Assembly: GCA_004022145.1 (NCBI GenBank)
Contig: RCNU01000001.1
DNA from: Paecilomyces variotii
Taxonomy: Eukaryota
Length of the DNA stretch: 64,000 bases
Reading direction: 5' to 3' (one strand)
Positions 1 through 12,017 of this stretch are shown one piece after another. The notes below the pieces were generated by a model. That model did not search any database, was not told the DNA's origin, and worked only from the letters and a program-made list of their open reading frames with translations. Numbering within the stretch: the first letter of the stretch is position 1; the number at the start of each line of letters is the position of its first letter. Position numbers and translations under genes: made by a program.

Positions 1-826
1 AATGGTGCAAGATTCCGAGTATCAGTTCTCAGCGGTCGATTCACACGGGCATATAATCATCCTGCTGTATGACATTTCAAGCACAGTAACCAGAACATAA
101 GCTTCTAGTCCGTCATATAGGACAATGTATATCTGTTCCTAATCCCACTATCAAATGTTCCCTACTATCTCGGTAGCTCACCATGAGTGACCACATTTCA
201 ATTGATTATACATCGAAATGCATATAAATGCCCATATCTGACAAGATCAAATAAAAGAATTGTAGCTCTGATAGTATATAATTACTCTCTTCCATAGATT
301 CAGGTCAGATTTTCTGCAGTCAGGTCGCCACAGCATACTGCGTAGAGGATTGGGGTGGAGCTGCCGAGAAGGCACTCCACTGACCAACAGGGGATTATCT
401 CGGAGGCACGCGACTGAAGGAGATGAGGATGCTTTGATTCTCTAGGATTGAGCTCTGAAGCTCTGAGCTATCTAAACTGACAATGCGACTAGCTAAGCCT
501 AAAACGGAAGGAGGCAGGCGATAAGGTATCCGCCTGGTCTGGCATGGCCCTACAGGCCCGAAAGATTATGACCGAAAATAGGTTCTCTTAGCGAGTTTTT
601 ATGTTAATACACTAGAAATTCTGATAGGATAAACCGTACAGAAAATCTACTACTGATACTTCCTGGAAGATGCCTAGAAGAACACATGAGATGAGATGCC
701 ACACCCCTTCTAGATCTATTTGTAACAAGATAATATTTATTACAAAATGGTACCACCATCGTCTATCTGCCATGTATTACGAGAATATCGACCAGCCTTC
801 AGATCTGCTTGCCTATCAAGGCTAAT

Positions 827-3694
827 TCAGGCACTCTTCAGGCCTGTTTTCTGTGCCCGGCCTTCAGTCCATCCCCTGGACTCCCACAGTTTAACGTTCT
901 CCTCCATCTTCTTATAAGCCCAGCTAAATTTCGGGTCTGGGAGATTCTGTAGTTAGCTCTTGCGCATCCTGGAAGTGAATAAGCAATAATAAGATGTCAC
1001 ATACACAAGTATTGCCGGAGGTCGTGTCGGTGGTCTTCAGGCGAATACTGCTCCGCATGGTAGCTTGGCGTGAGAATCGTCATCTTGTGTCTGTTGATAG
1101 AATAGTGATGGAAAAAGTGCCTGGTCTTCTCGTAGATCTCTCTGGGACTATATTCGTTGCCCCACAGGTGAAGCAACTTCTCGTACATCGACCAAGGTCC
1201 GAGTTTCGCTACCTTTCGCAAACGCCCGAATACAGATAGCTCCGAATACGTAACTCCCATATCTGCCTCGTCAGACTGTACGTATGTGGAGGTAATCGGT
1301 TCTAATTCCGCAGTTGGCGTCGCATTGAGGAAGTCCTTTAGGATTGGCAGATCGAAGGAATCAACGGCCCATGCAATAAATTTCTTAAGGTCCACCTTAG
1401 AGATAGAGCCAATCTTGGATGATAGTTAGTACTAGCGTGGGGACGAGAATTTCTATTCTGATGCTTACAGGATTCAACTGTAAAACTTGTCAGCAAACGT
1501 TGTCAATAACATAGTGGTTAGAGATACTTACATCAGCGCTGCTGCAATCGTACTTGGTGAGGTACCCACGAAGACTGCATAGTTATTAGTAATGAATCAA
1601 GGAGCCAAGTAGTTAGCTTATAGAAAAAACCAGTACCTTTCATCCACGTTGGCAGACCCGAGAACTAGAAGACCACCGCCTCCTTGACGTTGACGGACTG
1701 TCGGGAGCAACTGTGCGAACATATAGGAGAGGACCATTCTGAGACGTGCTTGCACGTTCTGAAGACTGGCATTTTCATCAGTGCTGCCCCCATGGACCTT
1801 GAATCGAGGTGCGAAGTTCGTCACAAAGGTAAAGAGATCGGTGACAGCCTACATTTGTGTCAGCAAGGAAAAGGAACTGGCCGGAAAACACTTTCTAGCG
1901 TCACACCTTCACAAGCGTGTCCATGTTTAGATCCACATGATATGCCCCTATATCCTTTGCAAGGTTCTTCGCTCGGTCTCTGGTTTGCTTACTCGAGTTC
2001 TCGGTGCCCATATAGCAAGTGTGGAAAATACGGCTAAGATGCGTCAGTGGAATCAGGACATAGTGCAAGAGACTATCCATAATACTAACTTGCAGACTTC
2101 CTGTGGCGTTTTAGGAAGCCACTGGGAGCCTTCCGGCTCCCCACACACCCGGCGAACATCTGCTATAACTTCTTGATTCCCTTGCTCGATACCTTTAATC
2201 ACTTCTCGACACATCGAATATACTATGACAGCGGTAGCACAACTGTCTATGCCTCCGCTGAGAGGAACAAAGTATCCTGCGGAGCCACATCTTCGAAGAT
2301 AATCCCATAACCAGCACGCAGGTCCCAATGCGATTTCTTCCTCGGGAGCATGGTAATTCGGCTTGAAGGGGTCTGATGGGCAAAGGCTAGGCTCAGAATC
2401 ACATTCGCGGCGGGAGAGACTGAAGTCTACTTCCAAACGGGTATAAGGTGCCTGCTTGCTGGCCTGGTTGGCCTGAAGTCCACGGCTCGGTGCACATCGG
2501 TAACTCCGGACTTCTTCGATATCAACCGTGGCGGTGACCACTTCGACATCATTAAGTGAGAACTGAGAGCCTTGAGCGACAAGATCACCGTTGATAATAA
2601 TCATGCAGCAGCCATCATAATATAATCGATCGCCGTCGCAACCCTGCTGATTGGCATATAAATAGATACCACCGCTCTGATGACAGTCAACTAACTGAGT
2701 ATCTGTTCGCTACAGATCTATGTACGCACCAGCCGCGTTGCTTGAGTTATCAAGTTAACCCGTGTGTCAAGCTTTCGGAGTTCGTGATGACTCCCAGAAG
2801 AGTTGGAGATGATCTCGACACCTTATACCTGTTAAGACGCTATCTGTATAGTAATAGAGAATTTATACTTACCAGCCAGGCCGTACGGAATGTGCGGACT
2901 GATGACCATTAGCAGGGTAGGAAAATGTGACATGAGAAGCATTGACTTACCCATCTGGAGTAAAAAGTTCCTCACAGGTCTCCAAACCTACCATGGTTCA
3001 TCAGCACAGATAATTCCCGACAGAGGGAATTTCCACATACCAAGACATGTGTCCCTAGTACTAATTACAGCATCTCCGAATGGGACAGTATACTGTCCTG
3101 TAATTTCTCCAACGATGCGCTCTAAGTAGTACTTTTCGATCTCTCGAGGGCGCTGCCACGGGGTGAAGTACCGCATTTCTCGGTAATTGCCATCTATGTA
3201 ACTCAGAAATCAGCGACACAGCTTCCTTTAAATGCAGAGGGGTCCAGGAAGGCATGTTTACCATTAGCCAACCACATTTTAGGCCGAATCAAAAGGATCT
3301 TCTTATTGTAGAAAATGACTCTACAGTTGTAACGGACATTCCGGTGACGGACCGGCATGCCGACATCAACCAACATGTCCTGGCAGACTGGATCTTGAAT
3401 GATGCGGGCGAGCATCTCCCACGAGTGTAGGAACGTGTCCCCCTCAAGGAAGTGATCAAGACAGCCATAACCGGTGATCTCTAACTCTGGACCAACGCGT
3501 AAAGTAGCACCAGCTTCTTTCGCTCTGCGGATACTTTCAATAATACGGGCAGTATTTCCCTCAAAATCTAGAGCCCATTGATTCAAGGAGCTGTATATGA
3601 GATCAGTGACTGAAGTAAGTACAGTGGAAGTTGCCCAAACGAGCTAAGAACTTAATGACCCGTACCAAGTTGCGAGGGTAACGAGATGACCCAT
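827..3694 (-). CDS. QNS1: Glutamine-dependent NAD+ synthetase (13 exons)
   Basis: Spliced by eye: [22 protein letters not shown]...[11 protein letters not shown] (nitrilase-type glutaminase domain), [17 protein letters not shown]-loop, [40 protein letters not shown]. 12 GT-AG introns keep the frame; stop TGA at 829-827. Confidence 0.97.
1469..1477 (-). other. 9-nt micro-exon of QNS1 (TTGAATCCT, LNP)
   Basis: Flanked by tacag| and |gtaagc; needed to join CSSAD to IGSISK as the conserved D-LNP-IGSISK motif. Confidence 0.9.
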
Positions 3695-4238
3695 CTTGGA
3701 GTATATCTAGACGCTAAATCCAGTAAGGTGAAGCTTTGGCCTATCGATAATCGGTCTAGATACGCCGCGTACTAATGGTTTACCCCGCTTGGCAGCCACC
3801 AGAGTCCAACGGGGCGGAAAACTGGACGGTTTGATCTAGAAAAGGCGGACCAATTGAGGAATATCTTCTTAGAATAGATGGGATCAGCCAGGAATACCAA
3901 CTGTGAACAGATAGAAAAGTTCTGTGAGGCTCAAGAGGCGTCAACTCGTCCAGCAAGATGTCTCCTGCGTCCGCATAGTCAGCATGACGTCGATCACGTG
4001 TGCGGGGAAGCAAACACCGCATACGGGGCCGTTAGTAGCGCTCGGCGTATGAAGATTACATATCCAACCAACCGTTGCTCGGAGTACGCGGGCTGATTAA
4101 TTCCCAATGGGCAAAACCCCTCTTTACTTGGGTTTTCTCCCTCGGATATATTCTTCCTGCGCGTCCTATAATTATAGAAAGAGTTGCAGGCTTTTCTTTT
4201 GTTCATTTTCTTCTAGACCAGATCTCTCCACTCTCACT
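3695..4238. promoter_or_regulatory. Shared divergent promoter region of QNS1 and NPY1
   Basis: ~545 bp between two head-to-head start codons; contains a CACGTG E-box (~3995), a CCAAT (~3850) and a TATAATTATA stretch (~4168). Confidence 0.6.
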
Positions 4239-5626
4239 ATGACAGGTCCGCAGATTCCCGATCCCCCACATGTCCAGGCGGATTCAATGCTCGCACGCAG
4301 GTTTGGAAAGGAGACGGTGAACTACTTCTCTAGTAAGGCTCCTCTATATATGAGTTGACTCGAGGGAGATCTATGAGTAACTTTGAGTCTGACCTGTGCA
4401 GGTTCACCGTTGAATCGTCTCTCTTTTCTCCGTACCGAACATCCCTTCCTTTCCGCTGCCATCAAGCACCCTGGCACGCGCTTCCTGCTCCTCAAGGACC
4501 TTGCACCTCTGGCAAGATCACCTTCTGAGCTGTATTTTGCGCACTATGACGAAGTCAAGAGCATCGTCCGTCCGGACATCTACGACAAGTCTGAAGAAGA
4601 GATGCTCAAGGAGTATGACTCGCGCAAAACCGACCCACAACTGATCTTCCTCGGTGTGGACGAGGAGCGCAAGAACAATGCTATGAGCTGGAAGATCTAC
4701 AGTGGTGTTCCATATTTCGCTTTGGATCTCAGTGCTAGAGGATCAGAGGAGCAGCAGGCGCACGCCAAATCGATCGTTGAAGCTCTGGAGGCCAAAGGAA
4801 CCAAGTTCCTGCAATCGCGCATGATCATGACCCTGCCTGCGGATGAAGGTGCGTTCTATATACGCTTGCGTGTCATGTATCTGGTCACAACTGATCACTA
4901 ATTTTCTTTTCTGCAATAGCCGCGATCTTTGCCCAGGCTCGCGCCCTCATGGACTGGAACATGCGCAACACCTTCTGTGGTACCTGCGGTCATACTACGT
5001 TGTCTGCGAATGCGGGCGCCAAGCGGGTTTGTCCGCCCACGGATGCTGCGCGCGCAGCAAAAGGGAAGCCTATCGAACGACCGCCATGCAATACACGGAC
5101 GACAATTTCCAATCTCTCTTTCCCCCGTACTGACCCTACTATCATCGCCGCCGTACTCTCAGCCGATGGAAAGCGGATTCTCCTGGGCCGCTCGAAACGC
5201 TTTCCACCAAACTGGTACTCGACTCTGGCAGGGTTCGTCGAACCAGCTGAATCTGTCGAGGATGCCGTCCGACGTGAAGTCTGGGAAGAAGCAGGAGTTA
5301 CGCTATCGCGTGTTGTGATCCATTCGTCTCAACCCTGGCCATACCCCGCGAACCTGATGATAGGAGCCATTGCGCAGGTCAGTGACCCGGCCCACGAGAC
5401 GATTAGCCTCGCACATGACCCTGAGCTGGAAGATGCTCGATGGTTCGAAATTCCTGAGGTCGAAGAAGCCCTTAGAACAGGCACCAGCGCCTTGGGTGAC
5501 CCTCCGGGTCCGGAATACAAAGAGGGCAGCCTCAGAATTCCTCCCCCTACGGCCATCGCAAACCAGCTCATTCAAGCTGCAATTAATTCGGAATATGTAT
5601 CGGGAGAGAAGACATCGAAGATGTAG
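4239..5626 (+). CDS. NPY1: NADH pyrophosphatase (Nudix, NudC/Npy1 family), probably peroxisomal; 3 exons
   Basis: Nudix box GFVEPAESVEDAVRREVWEEAG, SQPWPYP NADH-pyrophosphatase signature, CxxC...C...C zinc ribbon, C-terminal SKM (PTS1-like). Introns ~4332-4401 and ~4849-4919. Confidence 0.95.
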
Positions 5627-6334
5627 AGGATGTTTTCTTTCTTGACCTGAAACATGGCAGTATATAGGCGCATGCTTGTTCCCAACTGATTGAGGACTTA
5701 GGCTGTGGCCATATAAAATAGTTCACGTTATATGTAGGAGTTGTGTGGGGAGTCCGGGGAGTCCGGGGGCCGAGGTGACTGACAGGTCTGATGGCGTTCT
5801 GAAGGAGAGTTCATGCATAAGATTGCACCGATATATAGATATGTCCTCGTTATAGACTAGGCTATAAATCACGACAGTCGATGACAGACATTGATTTCTG
5901 TCTTACTATTATATATACACAAAATGCCAGACCCAGGCAAGACAGTAACCACCCGCTCCAGTTTCATGACGTAGACACTCGAAACACAATGCGTACAGAT
6001 ACAAACGATGTGCTTGACGCACATCTCTAAATCATCGAAATCAGGAAACAGACCATGCTATGCATGGGCAGCCAGGCAGCCTATATGGACTGAAAATAAT
6101 GGGGAACTGCCCTTCATATGCAGTCTAGGTACTGGCGGCAGTTCGACGCGCGTTTTCATCCCTTCACAGCGATTGATTCTGGATAAATCCACGCATGAAA
6201 TAATTCCCGCGTACGATGGCAGATGTTAGCTGCAGACCCGCAAATGATAGTACCTTTCTAGACCTGGACAGGCTGAGCGATACTCAATGGCCGGTTCTAT
6301 ATTGGGAAAGGACTAGGATCAGGACCAGCTACCC

Positions 6335-9300
6335 CTACCCAGCTTGAGAAGGTGGATATGAATCATCGGTTTCCTGCTTCATCCTCTTCGGGTCTCGTTC
6401 AACTTGGGAAGCTGAAGCGCTAGCCTTTCGCTTTTCCTTTTCTTTCTGATATTCCGCACGGCGAGCTTCTTTGTCCTTGCCCTTGCGAAGCGCTTTAGAT
6501 TCGAATTCGTGCCAGTCGCCTTCGATCTTTTCCAGCCTGTGAGACAATTGTTAGCATCTATAGGGCCACGGTCCACGATCGCTACTTACTCAATAGCCTG
6601 TTGGGGACCCGGCTCCTCAGACGTAAAGTAAGGATGCGCTAACACCTCTTGAGCCGTGGGCCTCTTTGCAGGGTCATATTGAAACATTTTCGCGACAAGA
6701 TCTAAGACGGCAGGGCTCAGGGCTTCGCGATACAAGTCCTCGAAAACCCTGGGTTTCCGTTCTGTGGGCCGCATCAATTCAAACCAAGGCATCTCCACGA
6801 TGTCAGGCCAATCTGCTCGGGTGGGTGTGCCTAAACAATTATACAACTTGTCCAACTGGCTGATCTCGCCCCCTTCACCGGGAAACACGGCCTTCCGCGT
6901 GAACATCTCCATATAGACGCAAGCTGCACTCCAAACATCAACGGCCGGACCATATCTTGTCTCACCGAGAAGAAGTTCTGGCGGCCGATACCAGATGGTG
7001 ATCACCCGATTTGTATAATCCAACTGGCGGCTCTTGGAAAAAAAGCGAGCCAAGCCGAAATCAGCGAACTTCAATAGTCCCGTGTTACTGATGAGGATAT
7101 TAGCCGCCTTGATGTCACGGTGGAGAACTCCACGATGGTGAAGATAGTTGAGCCCTTCGAACATCTGCTTCGCAAGGTCCTTCTTGTGAGCTGCCGTGAG
7201 TGTAAAGCTGGGATGGTTAATGAGACCAGTCAGGTCATGTGAGAGATATTCGAAGACCATGAAGCATTCATTTTTCTCAACCATGACTTCAAGCAAGCTG
7301 ACGACGTTGTGGTTGCGAAGATGCTGGAGGAGTCGGATTTCCCGAACGGCAGTCACGGGGAAACCGTCTTTCTCTCCCTCCATACGGATCTTCTTCAGAG
7401 CAACTTTGCTCTTGGTGTAGATGTGTATTGCCTTGAATACCTTTCCGTACGTCCCCGCACCAATAACCGACTCATTACCTGGCTTTCGGTTGTATACAGA
7501 TTCAGAATTAGAGAATTCTTCTGGGAGACTCGGTCGGGCTTTCTGCCGCAGCGCTATCTTCTTTTGCTTCTTCGGCTTCTCGGGGCTGCGTTCACGGCGG
7601 CGATCGAATCGGAAGTCCATCCGTCGATCGTCACGTCTCCTATCGTCACGATAATCATGACGCCTGTCGTCTCTCCGCATATCTCGAATGTCCCGTTTGT
7701 CTCTCGACTCTCGGAAATCTCGAGGATCGCGACGATCATCTCGATCACGCCCCCTGTCCCTATCGCGGTCTCGATCGCGATCTCGCTCACGATCACGCCG
7801 ATCAAACCGTGGATCATGCTTGAATTTGGGAGACGGTCCCGGAGGTGGCCTGTTTCGAGGCGGCTCAGCGGCTCGTTGGGGTGGATTTCGCGGTTGCATT
7901 CTTTGTGCTAGATCTGGAACAGGTTTTGGCATGGGCGCAGTATTGGCCTTGGATTTGAAGGCGAAGCTGAATTTTCCGCCTTCCTTCGCCGGGGTAGAGG
8001 ATGCGTTGCTCTGTCGGTTTGGTGGCAGCATTTTCTTCGTGTCTCCATTCTCTGAACTTTGTTTAGAACCCTGGTCTTCAACCTGGAGATCCTTGGAGGG
8101 TCGGAAAGGATTATCTCCTTCATCCGCATCTGGAGACATTCTGTCACTTGAGGGGGGTTGTAATGAGCCGGTTGGAGAAGACTGTGCGTGCGTTGAGTGC
8201 GGGCTGTGTTGACCACCTCGACCCCTCGACCCTGACGCAGTCCACTGAAGATTGCTAAAATGACCCCGACCGCGCTGAGACGACATATGTCCATAATTTT
8301 GAGGGCCACTTCCAGAGAATCGTCGATCTGGGCCTTGATTTTGGTAATTACCACGATAGCCGGAATGGCCCCCGCGATACGGTGGCCCGGAGAAACCCTG
8401 CTGCATGTGACCCGGTGGCCCATTGTACTGCCCCTGATGATTTTGATAATACTGTCCCTGTGGACCACCCTGCGAGTAGTTATTTTGCCGATAGGGAGGA
8501 GAATGACCGTGAATTTGCCTGCAAAATTTAGTACATATTCAAGAGAATATAATACCAGAAGGGTTGCTTACCCATGTTGCCCATGGAATGGAGGCTGGCC
8601 GCTCCATCCACCCCGTCCATTAGAGTAGGGCGAACCAGAAGGAGACCCGTGGTATGAGCTAGTCGGGGTCACGTACTGAGGAGAGTTTGAATATTGTCCA
8701 TGAGATCTTGAAGAGCGTCCGCGTTGATTGCCATGGACATCTGACGCTCGCATCCCATGCATTGGGAATGCTTCTCGTATACGGCTCTCACCGTCGAGCG
8801 GACCACCAGCATTGTCAGCATCGAAGCTGGGGATAGGCCGCAAAGGTGAAGGTGATCTTTTAGAGTCGTCAACGACGGATTGAATGGGCCGAGTCGAATT
8901 CATGATTCGGTCACGGCGGATTCCACGGTCGGGAGACGCAGACTCTCGTAAGCGTATGGAACGGAAAGATTGGCGTGAAGCTGAACGACGACGACCCCTT
9001 GAGCTCTCGTCTCTTCTGTGCGAGCTGCGACCTGGTCGAGGGGACCGCTGCCTCCTGTGATCTCGCCCAGCGGGAGACCTGGACCGCCGAGAGCGTGGGC
9101 GATCCTGCGAGTCAGCGTCAAAAGGGTCACGCCGGGCAATAGATGACCGGTGTCCCTTTTCTCTATCTCGAACTGGCGACTGCCCAGGTGATCTGCTTCG
9201 GTCAGGCAGATGCCTCCTACTTCTCGGTTGACGGCTTCGATCGCGGCTATGCCCAGGCTTGGGGGAGTGACGGGAATGGTGATGGCGGTGATGGTGATGG

Positions 9301-9797
9301 CGATGGGCACGAGGCGAAGGGCTTCTGCTTCGCTTACGCTTCGAAGGAGGAGGGGAGCTCGGAGAGTCGTCCCTTCGTGAGGGTCTCCGGGGTGCTTTCT
9401 CTTCTAGCGGCCGTGACCGTCTGGCTTCCCTAGAATCTGGCGCCGGAGAACGTCTCGACGTAGGGGAGAGGTGACGTGAACCTGGTTGGCGTTCTTCTCT
9501 TGACACAGAATCGCGAGACGCCGGCGGTCTACGGTGAGCGACGGTATCGGGAGAAGGGTCACGGCGCCTTCGAGGCGGGTCGCGGTCAGAAAGGGCACCA
9601 CGACGAGATGGTGGCGGTGACCGTGTTCGTCGCTCTGACCGGTTCTCCCAGGGACGGCGATGTGGTTTGGGGTCACTGTGTCTGTCCCTTCCTCTTTCGC
9701 GAGCCGTATCTCGATCACAGTCTCTTTCTCGATCTTCGGGGTCTTTGGCGGCTCTCCACTGATCTCTCAACAGCGGACTCCTTCGGGACCCAGCCAT
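6335..9797 (-). CDS. CTK1: RNA Pol II CTD Ser2 kinase (Ctk1/Lsk1/CDK12-like) with long RS/RD-rich N-terminus; 3 exons
   Basis: GAGTYGKV, ALKKIRMEGEKDGFPVTAVREI, HRDIKAAN, DFGLAR, YTNRVITIWYRPPELLLG, and DWHEFESK in the last exon. Intron 8571-8519 joins the RS-rich exon in frame; second intron ~6589-6538. ATG of MAGSRRSP at 9797. Confidence 0.93.
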
Positions 9798-11371
9798 GTA
9801 ATCTCCTCTAACTGCATCTGGCGAGCATGTGTCGTAGAAGGGCGAGGCAGAGGATGGAGGGATGTCCAGCAGAAGCCTCAAATGTCAAGTTGGAGCGTGC
9901 AGAATGACTTGAGGGCGAGTTTTGGTGGAGCCTCCTCTGTCTCTGGTCGGCGTGTCTGGCGTTCGCTGCTTTCTGTCGGCGGGCTAGCGTAGGCTGTGCG
10001 GAGGGCTGGTTTTTCCGGGGTGCACTGTGAGTACTAAGTAGAGCGTCAAGATAGTAACCAGCGAGTACAATGCGGAAGGCTCGGGGTGATACGCACCTCT
10101 TCCGGTCCCGTCTAGGCATACGAGCTCACCCATCAAGGAGAGCGAAGAAAAGAATAGATCTACTGGGGTCGAATGGGGGGGTTCTTCATGTCGCTCCGGT
10201 GCCGTGCGTTGCGCCCGAAGTATGGTAGGCATGCCTCTCGCGTGCAGGGCCAACCAACCACGCCTTTTTGAGTTGCTTTTTCCTTGCGAGCAAGACGCAT
10301 GTCCTCTTCTGCTGAGAGGAAAGGCTCTACGAATCTCGTTCGAATGAATGAATAGCAGGCAGGGCTAGAGGCCCCGCTGTGACGCTCACAAGTCCTCCGC
10401 GCCGGCTATACCCCGATAGTTCATGCCTCCACGAAGATCGGATCTCCATGTGCATTTGTTTCTGCCCATTTTGTCGTGCTCAAAGCTCACGACGTCCTTT
10501 CCAGACCTTCTGTTGCTTCGAGAACCCCAGATTGACCGGTGTCTGGGGTCGCCTTAGATCGGCGTTCCGGTCGTTAACAGGAGTTCATGCTTCCATGTAA
10601 GCCAGCTCTTTCCCACATGCTTTCTGTATGCTCGGATGCCCGTGGCGTATCTTTCATCGAGAACACTCGCCTTCACCCGGCGCATGAAGCTATCTACGGA
10701 ACGCGACAAAAGAAAAAAGCGAGATCAGAACAGGAAGGAGAGAAGGGCCTAACCATGGTGTGTCGCTTGACAGCTTCGCTTGAAGGGAACTGCATCCACC
10801 ATTTCAACAAGTTCTGCCGCAGGCCTCGGTATGCCCATGCCATCCATAGATGGACGCCAGACCGATAAAAGGGCTCTGCTGCTCAAGGCGAATTGAATCA
10901 TTGCCGACGGAAATGGCTGCGCAGCTGTTCGACAACTCGTAATATGGAGGACTGCGAGACTATCTATCCCTGAAGTGGGATCTCAACGATAGTTAGGGGC
11001 AACTAGTCCGACTGTGGGACCATGGAAGGGTCCCGAGGTTGAGACGAGGTCATTAGGATCATAAAATCCTAGTTCACTCCCATAGCGAGCATAAACATGA
11101 GAGCGAAACGGCCAGAGGCTGCTGGACCGTTTGGACATCGCGAATGGAGCTGGAGATGATGCCCCAATTCCGAGTTGGTCGTGCTCCATGCCAGCTGCGA
11201 AATCATTGTACTGAAAATTTATCCCAGTGTATATCTTCTGAAATCCACTGTCACACATAGAGTAGGTTCATATGGCGAGCAGACAACGCTAAGATGCTCC
11301 CAACTACCCCGACTGCTGCCAGCGGTCCGAACCATGACGGACAGCTACATACCCAGACACTGTACAAATCA

Positions 11372-11565
11372 TCATCGCATTTGGGACCAGTAATAGCCCC
11401 TTAATATGCAGTTAGTAGCCCTTGATCCGGAACCCAATACCCACAAAGCTACCGTCTCCAACTGCGGTTGCGAGGAGCAGAGAGACGCCAGTGACCGGCT
11501 TACCGGGGGAAACCGTTGGCTTCGTCACGACCTTGAAATCGCAGCGTGCATTCGTATAGCCTCAT
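11372..11565 (-). CDS. Putative spliced upstream/small ORF, 29 aa (MRLYECTLRFQGRDEANGFPRGYYWSQMR)
   Basis: ATG 11565, donor GTAAGC at 11503, perfect TACTAAC branch site ~11417-11411, AAG acceptor ending 11400, in-frame TGA 9 codons later. Translation itself is unproven. Confidence 0.35.
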
Positions 11566-12017
11566 ACTAGATACGAGAGCTGAAATGTTTCTGATGCGAG
11601 ATAGTTCCCTAGGGAGTTGTTTGAAGAGGGCAGACGTGAACCGCAAGAGGGAGACGTGTTGTGAGGTCTGAGGGTCAGGTTGAGTTGAGGTTTCGAGGTC
11701 GGCCTAAGCTTGGTGGTTGCGCCCGTAGACGCCGCTTGAGGCGCTCACCGCCGGCCTTATCGCGCACGTGATGGCATTATCGCCCGGTACGCATCGCCTT
11801 GGTGAAGACACAGCTACTTCAGAGAAGCCCATCATTGTTGCAGGCAATTCTACAGTAATTCCCAATCATGTGAATATTAAATTGTGAAATTCAAGTCTAT
11901 TTGTACATTTTCTCCTATGATTTTCAAGTTCTGGTTGCTTCATCAAAATGCTGGCACAACAAACTAAACTCCCCATAGAGTTAATCCCCAATTGATCCCT
12001 AGTTTATCGGGACTGAT

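Noticed and set aside
740-829. Stop-codon readthrough producing a cryptic peroxisomal QNS1 isoform
   Set aside because: Stop context is TGA ATT, not TGA CTA, and the extension does not end in a PTS1-like tripeptide.
5746-5770. GGGGAGTCC-type short tandem duplication downstream of NPY1
   Set aside because: Only ~2.5 copies of ~10 bp in a 3' region; not a CRISPR-like array or meaningful satellite.
11360-11380. GATGATGA as a possible C/D snoRNA C box
   Set aside because: No well-placed CTGA D box, terminal stem or recognisable rRNA guide; it coincides with the uORF stop.
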